A stretch of 53,405 bases of DNA from positions 1-53,405 of the IMG/VR virus record IMGVR_UViG_3300042402_002711. One strand, given 5' to 3'. Position numbers and translations under genes: made by a program. The notes beneath the pieces were generated by a model, which was given only the letters and a program-made list of their open reading frames with translations, was not told where the DNA came from and made no database searches. Shown here piece after piece: positions 37,371 to 47,352 of the stretch. The DNA comes from a virus (lineage: Duplodnaviria; Caudoviricetes). The stretch's first letter is position 1. The number at the start of each line of letters is the position of its first letter.

Positions 37371-38987
37371 TTAAAACCAGTCTCCTGTTTCCCTGTCAAC
37401 CCCATCTGGATCATTTACGCCATCATCTACAAATCCAAAAAACATATCCTCTTCCAATTGTTTCATTTTGTCAGCATACATTTCAAAAGAAATATTGCCC
37501 CCAACAACATCTTTGAAATATAATTGAGTGGTTAGCCAAGCAAAAAGCACCAGAGTCATTACCAGATCGTCGTTGTGACCTACTTCTGCCTCAAATGAGT
37601 TTTTCTTTGAAACAAAAGAAAATAACTCCTTTACAAGATCATAGTCTTCGATTACGAGTTTTTCTTGCTCAATTAGTCCTTTGAGGGTTGTACAGCCTAC
37701 ACGCTTTACAACTTCGGTGGTCTTTACCCCACGCTGTTGGTTTTGTGCATTGAAACCACCGTCAAGTACTTGTCCTTTTCTTCCCTTTACAGAAGTACTC
37801 ATCAAACCATCGTACTCAAATTCTTCGTGTATAATATCAGCAACCTGTCCTCCGATATCATTTAGTTCAACCAAAACCATAGCACTGTTGAATTGCTTGG
37901 CTGCGGATATGATAGCCATAGGATACATTGAAGGAGGCATAAGGTTGTTTCTAAAGGTTGCAACGACACGATACGGTGCTTCTGTGAGGTCTATAACCGT
38001 GAAAGCATGGTAGTCGTTTCCTGTACCACGGGATGTGTCTGCTATCAGTATATACTGATGATTGGGCTTTGCTTTTTCGTAGACCTTGAATCCCTCTTCG
38101 TTCTTGTAAAGCGGATTAACGAATGTAAGGGTCTTAAGTTTTTTGGAAGATATTAGTGTATGTACCGAGCCAACGAAATCGCACTCGAATTCTGTTCGAA
38201 ACTGTTCTTCCGATGTGTTCTTGATCGTTTGAGCCTTCCATTCCTCATCACGACCAGGCACTTCGTCCCAAAACACCTCAACGGGAACATAGTCGTTTCT
38301 CTTGTTTACCGAATCCGTCCACAACTTGTAGTACATATTCATACCCTTTGGAGTGGATACAATTATGACTTTAGTGTTTTTTCCTGAAGAAATCGTCGGA
38401 TATACAGAGGAGAAGAACTCGTCTGCTATGTTGAATGGAACATAGGCAAACTCGTCAAGCAGAATGAGATTGAAAGAATTACCACGGACAGCAGAAGATG
38501 ATGTTGCAGAAGCCAGAATCTTTGACCCGTTTTCGAGTTCAATTGAACCTTTGTTCCAACTCAATACACCCTGTTGTAGCCATCTTGGTAGATGTTCGTA
38601 GGCAAGTTTCAACCTGTGCAACAGTTCACGGGCTGTAGCCAATTTGTTTGCAAGAATGGCTACATTTTGATTAGGATTGAAAAGAACTGTATGGAGAATA
38701 TAGGCAATAACTGTTGTTGACTTGCCACTCTGACGGGGAAACTTTGAAATAGTGAATCGGTTGTTATGGATGGTTTTGACAAATCTCTCCTGAAACTCAT
38801 ACAGTTCAAAAGGAACCAAACCCTCATTAAGATTGACAATCTTAACATAATTCTTTATGAAGTAAACAGGATCTTCCGAGCAACGAAGATATTCCCCAAT
38901 CTGTTCTTCTGTAAATTCAACAGGAACGTTTGCTGCTTTGAGGTTTGGATTACCAAGATATGCTCCCTTGTCAAGCCTGTCCGTCAT
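37371..38987 (-). CDS. gp17: Terminase large subunit gp17
   Basis: YLGNPNLK, PRQSGKST, LLDEFA, VSTPKG and HNDDLVM. No intron or intein evident. Confidence 0.97.
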   Translation of the reverse strand: MTDRLDKGAYLGNPNLKAANVPVEFTEEQIGEYLRCSEDPVYFIKNYVKIVNLNEGLVPFELYEFQERFVKTIHNNRFTISKFPRQSGKSTTVIAYILHTVLFNPNQNVAILANKLATARELLHRLKLAYEHLPRWLQQGVLSWNKGSIELENGSKILASATSSSAVRGNSFNLILLDEFAYVPFNIADEFFSSVYPTISSGKNTKVIIVSTPKGMNMYYKLWTDSVNKRNDYVPVEVFWDEVPGRDEEWKAQTIKNTSEEQFRTEFECDFVGSVHTLISSKKLKTLTFVNPLYKNEEGFKVYEKAKPNHQYILIADTSRGTGNDYHAFTVIDLTEAPYRVVATFRNNLMPPSMYPMAIISAAKQFNSAMVLVELNDIGGQVADIIHEEFEYDGLMSTSVKGRKGQVLDGGFNAQNQQRGVKTTEVVKRVGCTTLKGLIEQEKLVIEDYDLVKELFSFVSKKNSFEAEVGHNDDLVMTLVLFAWLTTQLYFKDVVGGNISFEMYADKMKQLEEDMFFGFVDDGVNDPDGVDRETGDWF

Positions 38988-39489
38988 CTGTTATTTCCTT
39001 TTCACGATTTGCTTCATTCTCTACGACTTTTGTCGCCATGAGTTCTTTGTACCGTTCTTTGAGTACAGCCTGTAGATCTTTGGTGCTTCCAACAAATATA
39101 GAGTTGTTTGTGATAGATGTTGCCTTTTGTCCACCACCTTCTCCGCTCTCTATTGTTTTTACCTTGTGGTGTATTTCCAACAGATCTTTGTTTACATCTG
39201 CAACTGCTTTTATGAGTTGAGCCGCTACTTCGTATGCACGGGGAGAATCGCTCTCTTTAGCAACAGTAAGAACAGAATCTATTGCATCTGCACCAGACAT
39301 GAGTATTTCACGAAGGTTCTTTCTGACAGTAAGATAGTCCTTCTTGAGATCTATGTCATCAATCTGTTTTCCTGCTTCGATTGCACTGATGTCGGGTGCT
39401 ACAACCTTTATCTGTCCCTGCTGTGGGACAAATGGTATGTCTAACTTTTTAGAGATTTTCTCTTCTTGCGGTATGTCATTTTCTTCCAT
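38971..39489 (-). CDS. gp16: Terminase small subunit gp16
   Basis: DYLTVRKNL, SPRAYEVAAQLIK and NNSIFVGST. Confidence 0.92.
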   Translation of the reverse strand: MEENDIPQEEKISKKLDIPFVPQQGQIKVVAPDISAIEAGKQIDDIDLKKDYLTVRKNLREILMSGADAIDSVLTVAKESDSPRAYEVAAQLIKAVADVNKDLLEIHHKVKTIESGEGGGQKATSITNNSIFVGSTKDLQAVLKERYKELMATKVVENEANREKEITDDGQA

Positions 39490-39503
39490 AATAACCTCAT
39501 TTC

Positions 39504-40319
39504 TCAACCAAAGATATCAGCGTCAGTTGCGGTTCCTCCGAATATTTCAAACTGGAATCCGTAGTAGCGTGGATCAAGTGTAGCACCTGTTCCTGTGCCG
39601 CTGCTTCCTGTTCCTCCTGTTGCTGTAACACGGAGAGCCTCTATTCTGTACTCATTGTCTTTATCGAAGAACTGTGCTATAGCCTGTTTGATTACAGAAC
39701 TGCTCTTTGTTGGACCATAGAGGTATGCTCTCATATTGAATCGCAATTCCCATGTGCATATTCTCACATCTGCTCCATCTAAATCGCCTTCATGTTCTAT
39801 TGTTTGGGTAAAAGAACTCAAAGTTATTGGTATATCAATACCCTTGGCAAAGTCTCCAAGATCAAGAGAAACTGTAAATTCAGGAGAAAAATATGGCAGT
39901 ATCTGTTCGATTATCTGCAAGCCATCTTCCATTTTTCGAGTCAAGATACTCAAAGTGAATTCTATGTTATATGGAACTTCAGCATAAGAATATGAAAGAG
40001 AATCGGATGTTGGTTCAAATATTTTTGTCTTTGAAAGTGTGTTTCTTTTTCTTGTTGTGTCGTATGTCATATTGTCAATCTGAAAAGACATACGAGGAAG
40101 AAAAGTGTAAATTTTCAAATCGTTATTTTCATCGGCTATAATTGTTGGATTTGCCGACAACTGACTGATATAGTGATCTTTTGTTCCATATGCAAGAGGA
40201 ATTCTGTATTTCCTTACCTCTCCATTCTCTTGAGTTCTGGCAATAGAGATGTTGTTGAATATGCTTCCAAAAGCAACAACATATTTTCTTATTGTTCCGT
40301 GATAGAAATATCCAAACAT
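39504..40319 (-). CDS. gp15: Tail sheath stabiliser / terminator gp15
   Basis: YFYHGTIRKYVVAFGSIFN, LPRMSF and QIIEQILPYFSP. Confidence 0.95.
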   Translation of the reverse strand: MFGYFYHGTIRKYVVAFGSIFNNISIARTQENGEVRKYRIPLAYGTKDHYISQLSANPTIIADENNDLKIYTFLPRMSFQIDNMTYDTTRKRNTLSKTKIFEPTSDSLSYSYAEVPYNIEFTLSILTRKMEDGLQIIEQILPYFSPEFTVSLDLGDFAKGIDIPITLSSFTQTIEHEGDLDGADVRICTWELRFNMRAYLYGPTKSSSVIKQAIAQFFDKDNEYRIEALRVTATGGTGSSGTGTGATLDPRYYGFQFEIFGGTATDADIFG

Positions 40320-41200
40320 TAGTAGTTACCTTCCGAGAATGGATCTACTTCAGAGAAATCAATAATAGTTCTAGACTCTCTTCGTATGACATCGTTTGAG
40401 CCAAAAGGATCTGTGGTTATGTAATTTGCTGTATTTCCAAGATTTGCATCAACATTAGCCGTCGCACCAGACTCTGTGCCTTTGATAACTGACGCTATTA
40501 TTCCTGTTACGCTGCCAGAAACATCTTTGAGATATAGTGTGTTTGGTGACTGGCTTGACCAGTTTGTGACTGTTGCTGTAAATGATGCATCGGAGAGAGT
40601 TGCTCCAACATAAACAGTTTCGTTTGCCAAGAAAGATCCATAAACTCCACTGATGTCGATATAGGTGAGTTTTTCTTCTGCTTCGTCTTGAATTGTGTCT
40701 ATCTCTGTTATGCCTGTTTCGATGCTTTCCATTTCAAATTTGAATGTTTGAGCAGTTATTTCATAGCAAGCAAGTTGATTTCCTTGAAAGTAAGGAACCT
40801 GTTCTTCAACAAATATAATCTCCATAAGAAATCTTCCAAACTTTGGAGCGTATATAAGATCTCCTTCTCTTGGACGCTTTACATCGTTATACAAAGAAGA
40901 GACAACATCTTCAAACCTTCTTTTAGATACCGTTAATATCATTCTATCTTTGAGTTCAATTCCAAATCTAGAGTAGACATTGCTACCCTCTCTTCCTTCG
41001 TAATTCTTTACAAACATTTCAACTGTTGCAGAGTCTTTGAACTTGGAATTTTTGTCTTCTCCGAGAATATCATCTCTAGAGATAGATTCTCTAACGATAT
41101 ATGTGAAATCTTCTCCATATATCTTTATAGCCTCTATTGCGAGGTCTTCCATTAGACGCCGTTCAGAGTCTCTGTAGTTGAAATAAGAATTCTTTGCCAT
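40319..41200 (-). CDS. gp14: Neck protein gp14
   Basis: EAIKIYG, RPREGDLIY and C-terminal IDFSEVDPFSE. Confidence 0.94.
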   Translation of the reverse strand: MAKNSYFNYRDSERRLMEDLAIEAIKIYGEDFTYIVRESISRDDILGEDKNSKFKDSATVEMFVKNYEGREGSNVYSRFGIELKDRMILTVSKRRFEDVVSSLYNDVKRPREGDLIYAPKFGRFLMEIIFVEEQVPYFQGNQLACYEITAQTFKFEMESIETGITEIDTIQDEAEEKLTYIDISGVYGSFLANETVYVGATLSDASFTATVTNWSSQSPNTLYLKDVSGSVTGIIASVIKGTESGATANVDANLGNTANYITTDPFGSNDVIRRESRTIIDFSEVDPFSEGNY

Positions 41201-41961
41201 TATCCCACCATAAAGTCAGGAGGCAATTCATATTTTGCCTGAACCTGCTCTTCTATTTTATCAATAGCGGTTTGTGCCTCTTCTGCGACTTTCATACCAT
41301 CAAACTGCACACCGCCTGGAAGAAACACACCAGAGAATTTTGATAAGTTTTGTCCCCATTGTCTTTTGATAAGAGATGTTGTGTATTCTTTGAGCAATCT
41401 ATCGTTGTATATTTCAGTGTATTGCTCTGGATCTAGCACAACATAGGCTTCTATCATAAGATATTGCCCCGATGAAAGAACTTCGCTCCAATTTGTATCA
41501 AGTCTCAATTTATTTGTAACTCTACTAAAAGTGAATGCCTTTTCTGGTTCTAAATACTGTTGAACAAGAGAAACATATTGCTGTGCAATATCATAGTAGG
41601 CAAGATTAAAAGAACCATTTCTCAAACCAAAATAATCTTGAAGATGCATTTGGTATCTTGCATTAAACATATTTGATGCAGCAGATCCACTTTCACTAAA
41701 GGGAAATACTCTTAATATACTAATAATGCTATTATTGATATTTGCTGTAGAAATATACTGATTGTTTATGTCTGTTTGAGTTACCTGATATGGGAAAAAC
41801 ATTCTCTCAACACCATCAAAATGGTATTCGGCAAAGAATTGAAGGGCATCGTCAAGTCTGTCTTCTAGTTGTTCGTCATCAACATTTATCTGAATAACAG
41901 GATATCCCAGCCTTCTCAGGCAGTAGTCTTTTAGTGATTGTCTGGAATTTGGCTGTCCCAT
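41200..41961 (-). CDS. gp13: Neck protein gp13
   Basis: YCLRRLGYPVIQINV, YHFDG and KRQWGQNLSKF. Confidence 0.95.
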   Translation of the reverse strand: MGQPNSRQSLKDYCLRRLGYPVIQINVDDEQLEDRLDDALQFFAEYHFDGVERMFFPYQVTQTDINNQYISTANINNSIISILRVFPFSESGSAASNMFNARYQMHLQDYFGLRNGSFNLAYYDIAQQYVSLVQQYLEPEKAFTFSRVTNKLRLDTNWSEVLSSGQYLMIEAYVVLDPEQYTEIYNDRLLKEYTTSLIKRQWGQNLSKFSGVFLPGGVQFDGMKVAEEAQTAIDKIEEQVQAKYELPPDFMVG

Positions 41962-41985
41962 GAACCCTCCTATTTCTCTTTATCT

Positions 41986-41992
41986 TATGTAT
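41986..41992 (-). promoter_or_regulatory. Putative late promoter ATACATA for gp13
   Basis: Intergenic, upstream of SD GGAGG. Confidence 0.7.
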
Positions 41993-42011
41993 AAGAGGGT
42001 ATTTGTGAAAA

Positions 42012-42395
42012 TCAGCCCTCGGTTGCCTCTTCTATTGAATCAACAAAAAGGAAATCAAGCAACTTGTAAGCAGACAAAGGAAGACGAACGGTCATTCCTA
42101 GTTCTTTTACAGATATTTTGTTCCAATTTATTTCCACTTCTTTGTCCAAAAAATCAGAGAGTTCTTTCTCATAGAAAGGCTTCTTTTCATCTTCAACTTC
42201 GTATGCACCGTCTTCTTTCTTTTCCCCATAAAAGAGCAACAGTTCCTCTTGTTTTTTGGCAATCACTTCGTAGTGTTTGTTTACTTCGTCTATAAGCCGA
42301 GCCATTTCTGCTATATGTGAAACAAAATAAAATTGTTTTGCTAGAAATTCGAATGCGGGATGTGCTTGGAATATTCTTTCTAATTTCACTTTCAT
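42012..42395 (-). CDS. Small helical hypothetical protein (possible fibre-assembly chaperone)
   Basis: About 127 aa from ATG 42395, at the end of the fibre gene cluster. Confidence 0.55.
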   Translation of the reverse strand: MKVKLERIFQAHPAFEFLAKQFYFVSHIAEMARLIDEVNKHYEVIAKKQEELLLFYGEKKEDGAYEVEDEKKPFYEKELSDFLDKEVEINWNKISVKELGMTVRLPLSAYKLLDFLFVDSIEEATEG

Positions 42396-42402
42396 ATTAA
42401 AC

Positions 42403-44055
42403 TCACAATCTGTAAAGGGTTTTATCTTGCGGTGATTCTGAAAAATTTTCACTGAAAACTATATCTTCAATTGAGCCTGTTTCTCCGTAAGCATCGTAGT
42501 TTGATAATCCATCGTTTTGACTTATGGTTGTTAGTCCTATGTGGAATTTTCTAAATCCAGCACCATAATCACCATATGTTATACCAAGAAATGCAAATTC
42601 ATAGTCTTGAGACTCATAAGGCAAAACGGATTCTGGTAGTCTTCCACGATATATAAGTGTTCCTTCAAGGCTACCTCTGTAACCAAAATTCGCATCAACA
42701 AAATCGCCTCCACCAAGACTCTTGGGATTTACTGTGACATATTCAATAGGAGGAATACCTATTCTTTGTCCCCATTCAAGCCATTGATTTCCAAAAGAAT
42801 AAGGTTCGCCGTTTGGAGTTCCTGATATTCTGATTTTGCCTGAATCACGGGCTTCCCAATTCTTGAATTCTGGAACCGATATCGCAATGACATTTTCACT
42901 ACCATATCCCACTCCATAAGCCCAATTTGGACCATATTTATAGGGTTTAGCACCTGTTACTCCTAGATTTTTAAGGTACTGCCCATCTATGGTAAGAAAA
43001 GCGGCTAGATCTGTTGGCTTTGGTATACCATCAAAATCAAAATACTGTTCAAATTTATCTAGACCACCTATTCCGTCAACATCTGTTAGTTGGTCTATGA
43101 CTATTTGATTGTCGGCAAAAGGCATGGTGTCTAATCCGTGCATTCCGCCATCGACACACATACACCTCTGTCTGATATCTTCAACACCAGGAACTACTTG
43201 ATAAATTTCTGATGCTGTGAATCCGGGTATGCTTGCTTTTCTTGCATAGTTGTTGATAATGTCTCTAGAAAGTTCAGCAAATTCACCTTCACCATACTGA
43301 AACTCATCCCCATAGTCTCGAACTGTTATCTCAAGGGTTTCTTGTGCAAATGCCAGTGTAGAGACAATATTATTTTTTAGTGCTACTCCTGCGGTAACAG
43401 ATCCAGCAAATTTTATGAGTGCATAAGTCAATAGAGCAGACTCTTTGCTTCCCTGTATTACATCGTCTAGATCTGCAATAGCATCTTTATAGTCTTCATA
43501 TTCTTGCTCGGATACAACACCGTTGAATGTCCAGTTTGGGGGATCACCAGAAGTCGATAGTGTTATACTATTTGGAACTCCAATTTCAAGGAGTCTTTGT
43601 CTTGCTGTTAGAATTGATTCGGCTCCCGTAGTGATGGTTCCGATAGCATTTCTTAAACCAAATATTCCTGGTTCTCCTGTCCAAAGAGTGTATAGATCAA
43701 GAGAATACTGTATTCCTTGAAAATCTCGGTCACAAAGATGATACGAGCAATCACACTCTTGGAAAGATGTTCTTGAATAGTTGTCTGGTCTAGCAACAAG
43801 CGAACCGTCTGCTTTTCTTGCTTTTACAAAATTGAAATCCCAAGGATTAACACATATACCAAGAGTTTTTCCTCCAATATCTCTTGTTATGAAATTGGAA
43901 GCAAAGGTTCCAATAAAGTTCTGACTCAAAGAGCCAGCACCAACAGCAAAAGAAGAGTACTGTGTTGCCCATGTTATACCATTTTCGAAACTTGGTGCGT
44001 ATTCGATATCAGGTATGTCTATTGGCTGCGGGTTGAAGTCTCCACCTAGTCCCAT
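42403..44055 (-). CDS. Hypothetical virion structural protein
   Basis: 550 aa, Gly/aromatic-rich, translationally coupled (TAATG) to the upstream beta-helix gene. Confidence 0.65.
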   Translation of the reverse strand: MGLGGDFNPQPIDIPDIEYAPSFENGITWATQYSSFAVGAGSLSQNFIGTFASNFITRDIGGKTLGICVNPWDFNFVKARKADGSLVARPDNYSRTSFQECDCSYHLCDRDFQGIQYSLDLYTLWTGEPGIFGLRNAIGTITTGAESILTARQRLLEIGVPNSITLSTSGDPPNWTFNGVVSEQEYEDYKDAIADLDDVIQGSKESALLTYALIKFAGSVTAGVALKNNIVSTLAFAQETLEITVRDYGDEFQYGEGEFAELSRDIINNYARKASIPGFTASEIYQVVPGVEDIRQRCMCVDGGMHGLDTMPFADNQIVIDQLTDVDGIGGLDKFEQYFDFDGIPKPTDLAAFLTIDGQYLKNLGVTGAKPYKYGPNWAYGVGYGSENVIAISVPEFKNWEARDSGKIRISGTPNGEPYSFGNQWLEWGQRIGIPPIEYVTVNPKSLGGGDFVDANFGYRGSLEGTLIYRGRLPESVLPYESQDYEFAFLGITYGDYGAGFRKFHIGLTTISQNDGLSNYDAYGETGSIEDIVFSENFSESPQDKTLYRL

Positions 44056-47000
44056 TAGAACTCCTCTGTTGGTACAAAACTATCTGTTGGGAAAGAGCCT
44101 CTAGTTCCAGACCAGCCGTAAATAAAGAACTCTCCGTATTTCTTGCTATTGTATCTAGAAATAGTGTTGTCTGCGACAATTGTTGAGTCTGTTTCTGCTG
44201 CAAATCCAGATCCTGCATTCAATTCTGCTATTGTGCTATTGCATTCGTGGTAGAACAAGTGAAGCCCATGTGTTGGGTTGTTGTTTACCGTTGCGGAGGC
44301 TCTAGGAAGGTGTCCTGTTCCTTCTGGACCAAATACTGTAACTTGAAATAGATTTGGTGGAAGAGCAGAGTAAATACCATAATAGTCTCCGATAAGATTA
44401 GATCCTAATCCTTCAGATGCCTTTATCAGTTCGTTTCTCCAATTTGCCCATCGGGATGAATTTGCTCCTGCAAATATAACAGACTTCTGTTGAGCAAGGA
44501 AACCCTCACCATCGTTTGATCGAGATATAAACTCATAAGCCTTTATTGTTGCTCTACTCTTCGCCAGAACACCATGTCCTCCATTCCATATAGAACGACT
44601 TCTGTGGCAAACAAGAATACCATTGTTTGCACAACAATAACCAATTCCACCATTGAAAAGAGAGAAAGTGTTTGTTGCTTTCATATAGGAATTGAACTCA
44701 CAGACATATCCATGAGAAAACCCACTACATGATAAAGAATTAGAACAGTCCATAGATGAATTTGCTATGGTTAGATAATTTGCTTTTTTGCTACCACTGC
44801 TGACAGTTCTTCTTGCATTGATATGCGATTTTATTGTACTTTCTATTCCTATGCCACAAGCGGTAACAACGGCACCAGGATCTATAGGTGAGAAGAAATC
44901 TCCATTGTAAGGATCGGTTGAAGCACCAAGATCCGCCAAGAGATTGATTAGTGATTGATTTCTTGCAGATATACCACAACCAAAAGAAGACACGGCAATA
45001 TTTGATGCATTTACAACAGATTCTCCATCGGCTAAAAGACCGTAGAATCTTTCTTGTGGTGTTTCGTTTATCGACACCAAGCAAATATCTTTTAGTATGG
45101 CGAGTTTTGTTTTGCTCTTTACGCAGATTCCGTTCTTATTGAATCTCAACACCGACTTATAGCACTTTGCACGAAGATTTATTGTTTGATCTCCATACAT
45201 GAAATCTACATTTTTTGCAAGATTTTCTGAAGACAGTAAAGAGTCATTTTTTGTTGTTGCAGAATCACTTGGTGGTATTTCTGTATCTCGTTCATAACCA
45301 AAAGAGTACCTATCAAATATAAAAGACCCCATAGCAGATGGATCGACTCCTGAACCTGGTGGGTTGATTGTTCCATCTTCCGAAGGTCCTGCTCCATTGA
45401 TAATGTCACCCGAGGCAAAGGAATTTACTGATCCTGTGTACCAAACACTACCCATAGATCCACGATTGCTTAATGTATATCCAGAGGGAACTTGTTCTCC
45501 TACAGCAAGACCTGATGTTATCTCGTAAGACTGAACATCAAGCCATACAAGATTCTTAGAGGCTGTTCTTTCATTAGAAAAAGCACCAGATGCTCCATCA
45601 AGCACAGAGTTAAATTTGGTTTCAGAGTTTCCAACATACTTTGGAGCAGCCTGTCCGAAGAGACGGTGGTATCCGCCTAGATCAGAAAGATCAACAAGGG
45701 AAGGGATGTACGAGCCATTTTTACCTTCTGGTGTGCTTGCAAACTTATGCTTGTACCAACCTTGGGGAGTGATATATCCACAGAAGAAAGGGCTTTGGTT
45801 TCCTTTCTTCGCCCAACGATCTAGTTGTGCTCCATTTGCTGCACCATTGTCGTTGTACCAACTGCGTATTCTTTTGAGAAGTGTTGGTTGGTATAATTGA
45901 CCATTTACTGGTGGATACAGATTGTAGTATCTAAGCAGAACAGAGAATCTATTAGGATCTGCATAATCGGAAGGATAAGAAGAGGTATCTGTTGGTGCTC
46001 CTCCCCTAATAGGATCACGGACTGCACCACTCTCGAATGGACCAAATCCATACCCTGGATGGTTATCTTCATCCCAAGAGGGAACGCCTTCAATTGTGCT
46101 CGCTCCACTTAACAAATAGTCTCTTACTTTTTTAGCAGCATTAGTTATTGCATCAACAGTAATAAACGGATCTGAAGAATTGCCAAAGTAAAAGGGAAGA
46201 TCATTTTCTATTCCTAGATCATCTATCATCTTCTTATAGAAGTAAGTTGCAATTCTGTTTGCCACTATTACACGATTGTACCCTGTTAGAGTTTTATCGT
46301 TCCAAAGAACAGTTGCGCTTCGTGCTTCTACTCTTGTTCTTGGATCAATTACTTTTCCATCCAATGGAGTAAGGCTGAACCGAAAACCACGAACCATGAT
46401 ATCGACTATTTCTATTTGCTGAACAGCACTAGCATAATAGAATTGCTCGTATCCATTACTTTCAAGTGTATCGGGATTAGAAAGCATATCTGCCCCATAG
46501 AAAATTGGAGGTATGATATTGTTTCCTCTTGCTTGATTCGGTGAATTTCCTGCACCAGCAGCATAAGTAAACAGAGGCTTTCCATTCTGTGTGCCTAGTG
46601 TGTTGAAGAATGGGACTTGCTCTAGTCTTTTGTATGTGTGGTTGTCACTCTTTATGTGAAGAGTTACTGCTCCGACCTTTAGTCCTTCAGGGTAAAATAT
46701 CTCTGTTTTTGTTGTGGAGTGGTTTTCGATGTGTTCTATAGTTGGACTCACATCAACTACTTCGTGAACACCAACAATCATCTTTCCACGAATAGATTCA
46801 ACATAACAACTTCCAGGATTTATAGAGCGTGTTGCCGATGCTCTTATGTTATTTCTTATCCAATAATAAGAAGGATTTTGCTTCTTTAAAATAAGATGAT
46901 CGTATACAGATAAATAATCACCGATATTGATTTTATCTTGATTTGTTACTAGTATCTGACAGTAGTATCCGTCACGGTCTTGTGCTTTGTCGAAGTAACT

Positions 47001-47339
47001 TATGGCGACCACTTCATGGTCTGTCGGTTTTGTTCCTTTGATTTTGAGTCTTTTAGCAACATCAAAATCAATATCTATTTGCTCTTCTTCAAAATACTTT
47101 TTAGATATGAAGCCTTTTCTGTCTGTTTTACTTGAACCTAATTGTATTGTTACTTTATTATTTTTACCGATTTGTTTATTGCGAACAACATCAACTGCTT
47201 TTCCTAAAGATCTAAAAGGACTATCGGAGGAGCCACTATTGGTTTCGTCATTTCCTTCAACAGAAACCCAAAGAGTCAGATCTTCGTTTATGAACGGTAC
47301 ATCATCTGGATCATCTAAAAACTGTAGATTTTTTGACAT
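44055..47339 (-). CDS. Large tailspike-like protein with right-handed beta-helix repeats
   Basis: N-terminal WVSVEGNDETNSGSSDSPFRSLGKA motif, plus C-terminal ~22-aa periodic N-G-x-G...S-x-I-x-A repeats. Confidence 0.7.
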   Translation of the reverse strand: MSKNLQFLDDPDDVPFINEDLTLWVSVEGNDETNSGSSDSPFRSLGKAVDVVRNKQIGKNNKVTIQLGSSKTDRKGFISKKYFEEEQIDIDFDVAKRLKIKGTKPTDHEVVAISYFDKAQDRDGYYCQILVTNQDKINIGDYLSVYDHLILKKQNPSYYWIRNNIRASATRSINPGSCYVESIRGKMIVGVHEVVDVSPTIEHIENHSTTKTEIFYPEGLKVGAVTLHIKSDNHTYKRLEQVPFFNTLGTQNGKPLFTYAAGAGNSPNQARGNNIIPPIFYGADMLSNPDTLESNGYEQFYYASAVQQIEIVDIMVRGFRFSLTPLDGKVIDPRTRVEARSATVLWNDKTLTGYNRVIVANRIATYFYKKMIDDLGIENDLPFYFGNSSDPFITVDAITNAAKKVRDYLLSGASTIEGVPSWDEDNHPGYGFGPFESGAVRDPIRGGAPTDTSSYPSDYADPNRFSVLLRYYNLYPPVNGQLYQPTLLKRIRSWYNDNGAANGAQLDRWAKKGNQSPFFCGYITPQGWYKHKFASTPEGKNGSYIPSLVDLSDLGGYHRLFGQAAPKYVGNSETKFNSVLDGASGAFSNERTASKNLVWLDVQSYEITSGLAVGEQVPSGYTLSNRGSMGSVWYTGSVNSFASGDIINGAGPSEDGTINPPGSGVDPSAMGSFIFDRYSFGYERDTEIPPSDSATTKNDSLLSSENLAKNVDFMYGDQTINLRAKCYKSVLRFNKNGICVKSKTKLAILKDICLVSINETPQERFYGLLADGESVVNASNIAVSSFGCGISARNQSLINLLADLGASTDPYNGDFFSPIDPGAVVTACGIGIESTIKSHINARRTVSSGSKKANYLTIANSSMDCSNSLSCSGFSHGYVCEFNSYMKATNTFSLFNGGIGYCCANNGILVCHRSRSIWNGGHGVLAKSRATIKAYEFISRSNDGEGFLAQQKSVIFAGANSSRWANWRNELIKASEGLGSNLIGDYYGIYSALPPNLFQVTVFGPEGTGHLPRASATVNNNPTHGLHLFYHECNSTIAELNAGSGFAAETDSTIVADNTISRYNSKKYGEFFIYGWSGTRGSFPTDSFVPTEEF

Positions 47340-47352
47340 TATTTACTCCCGT

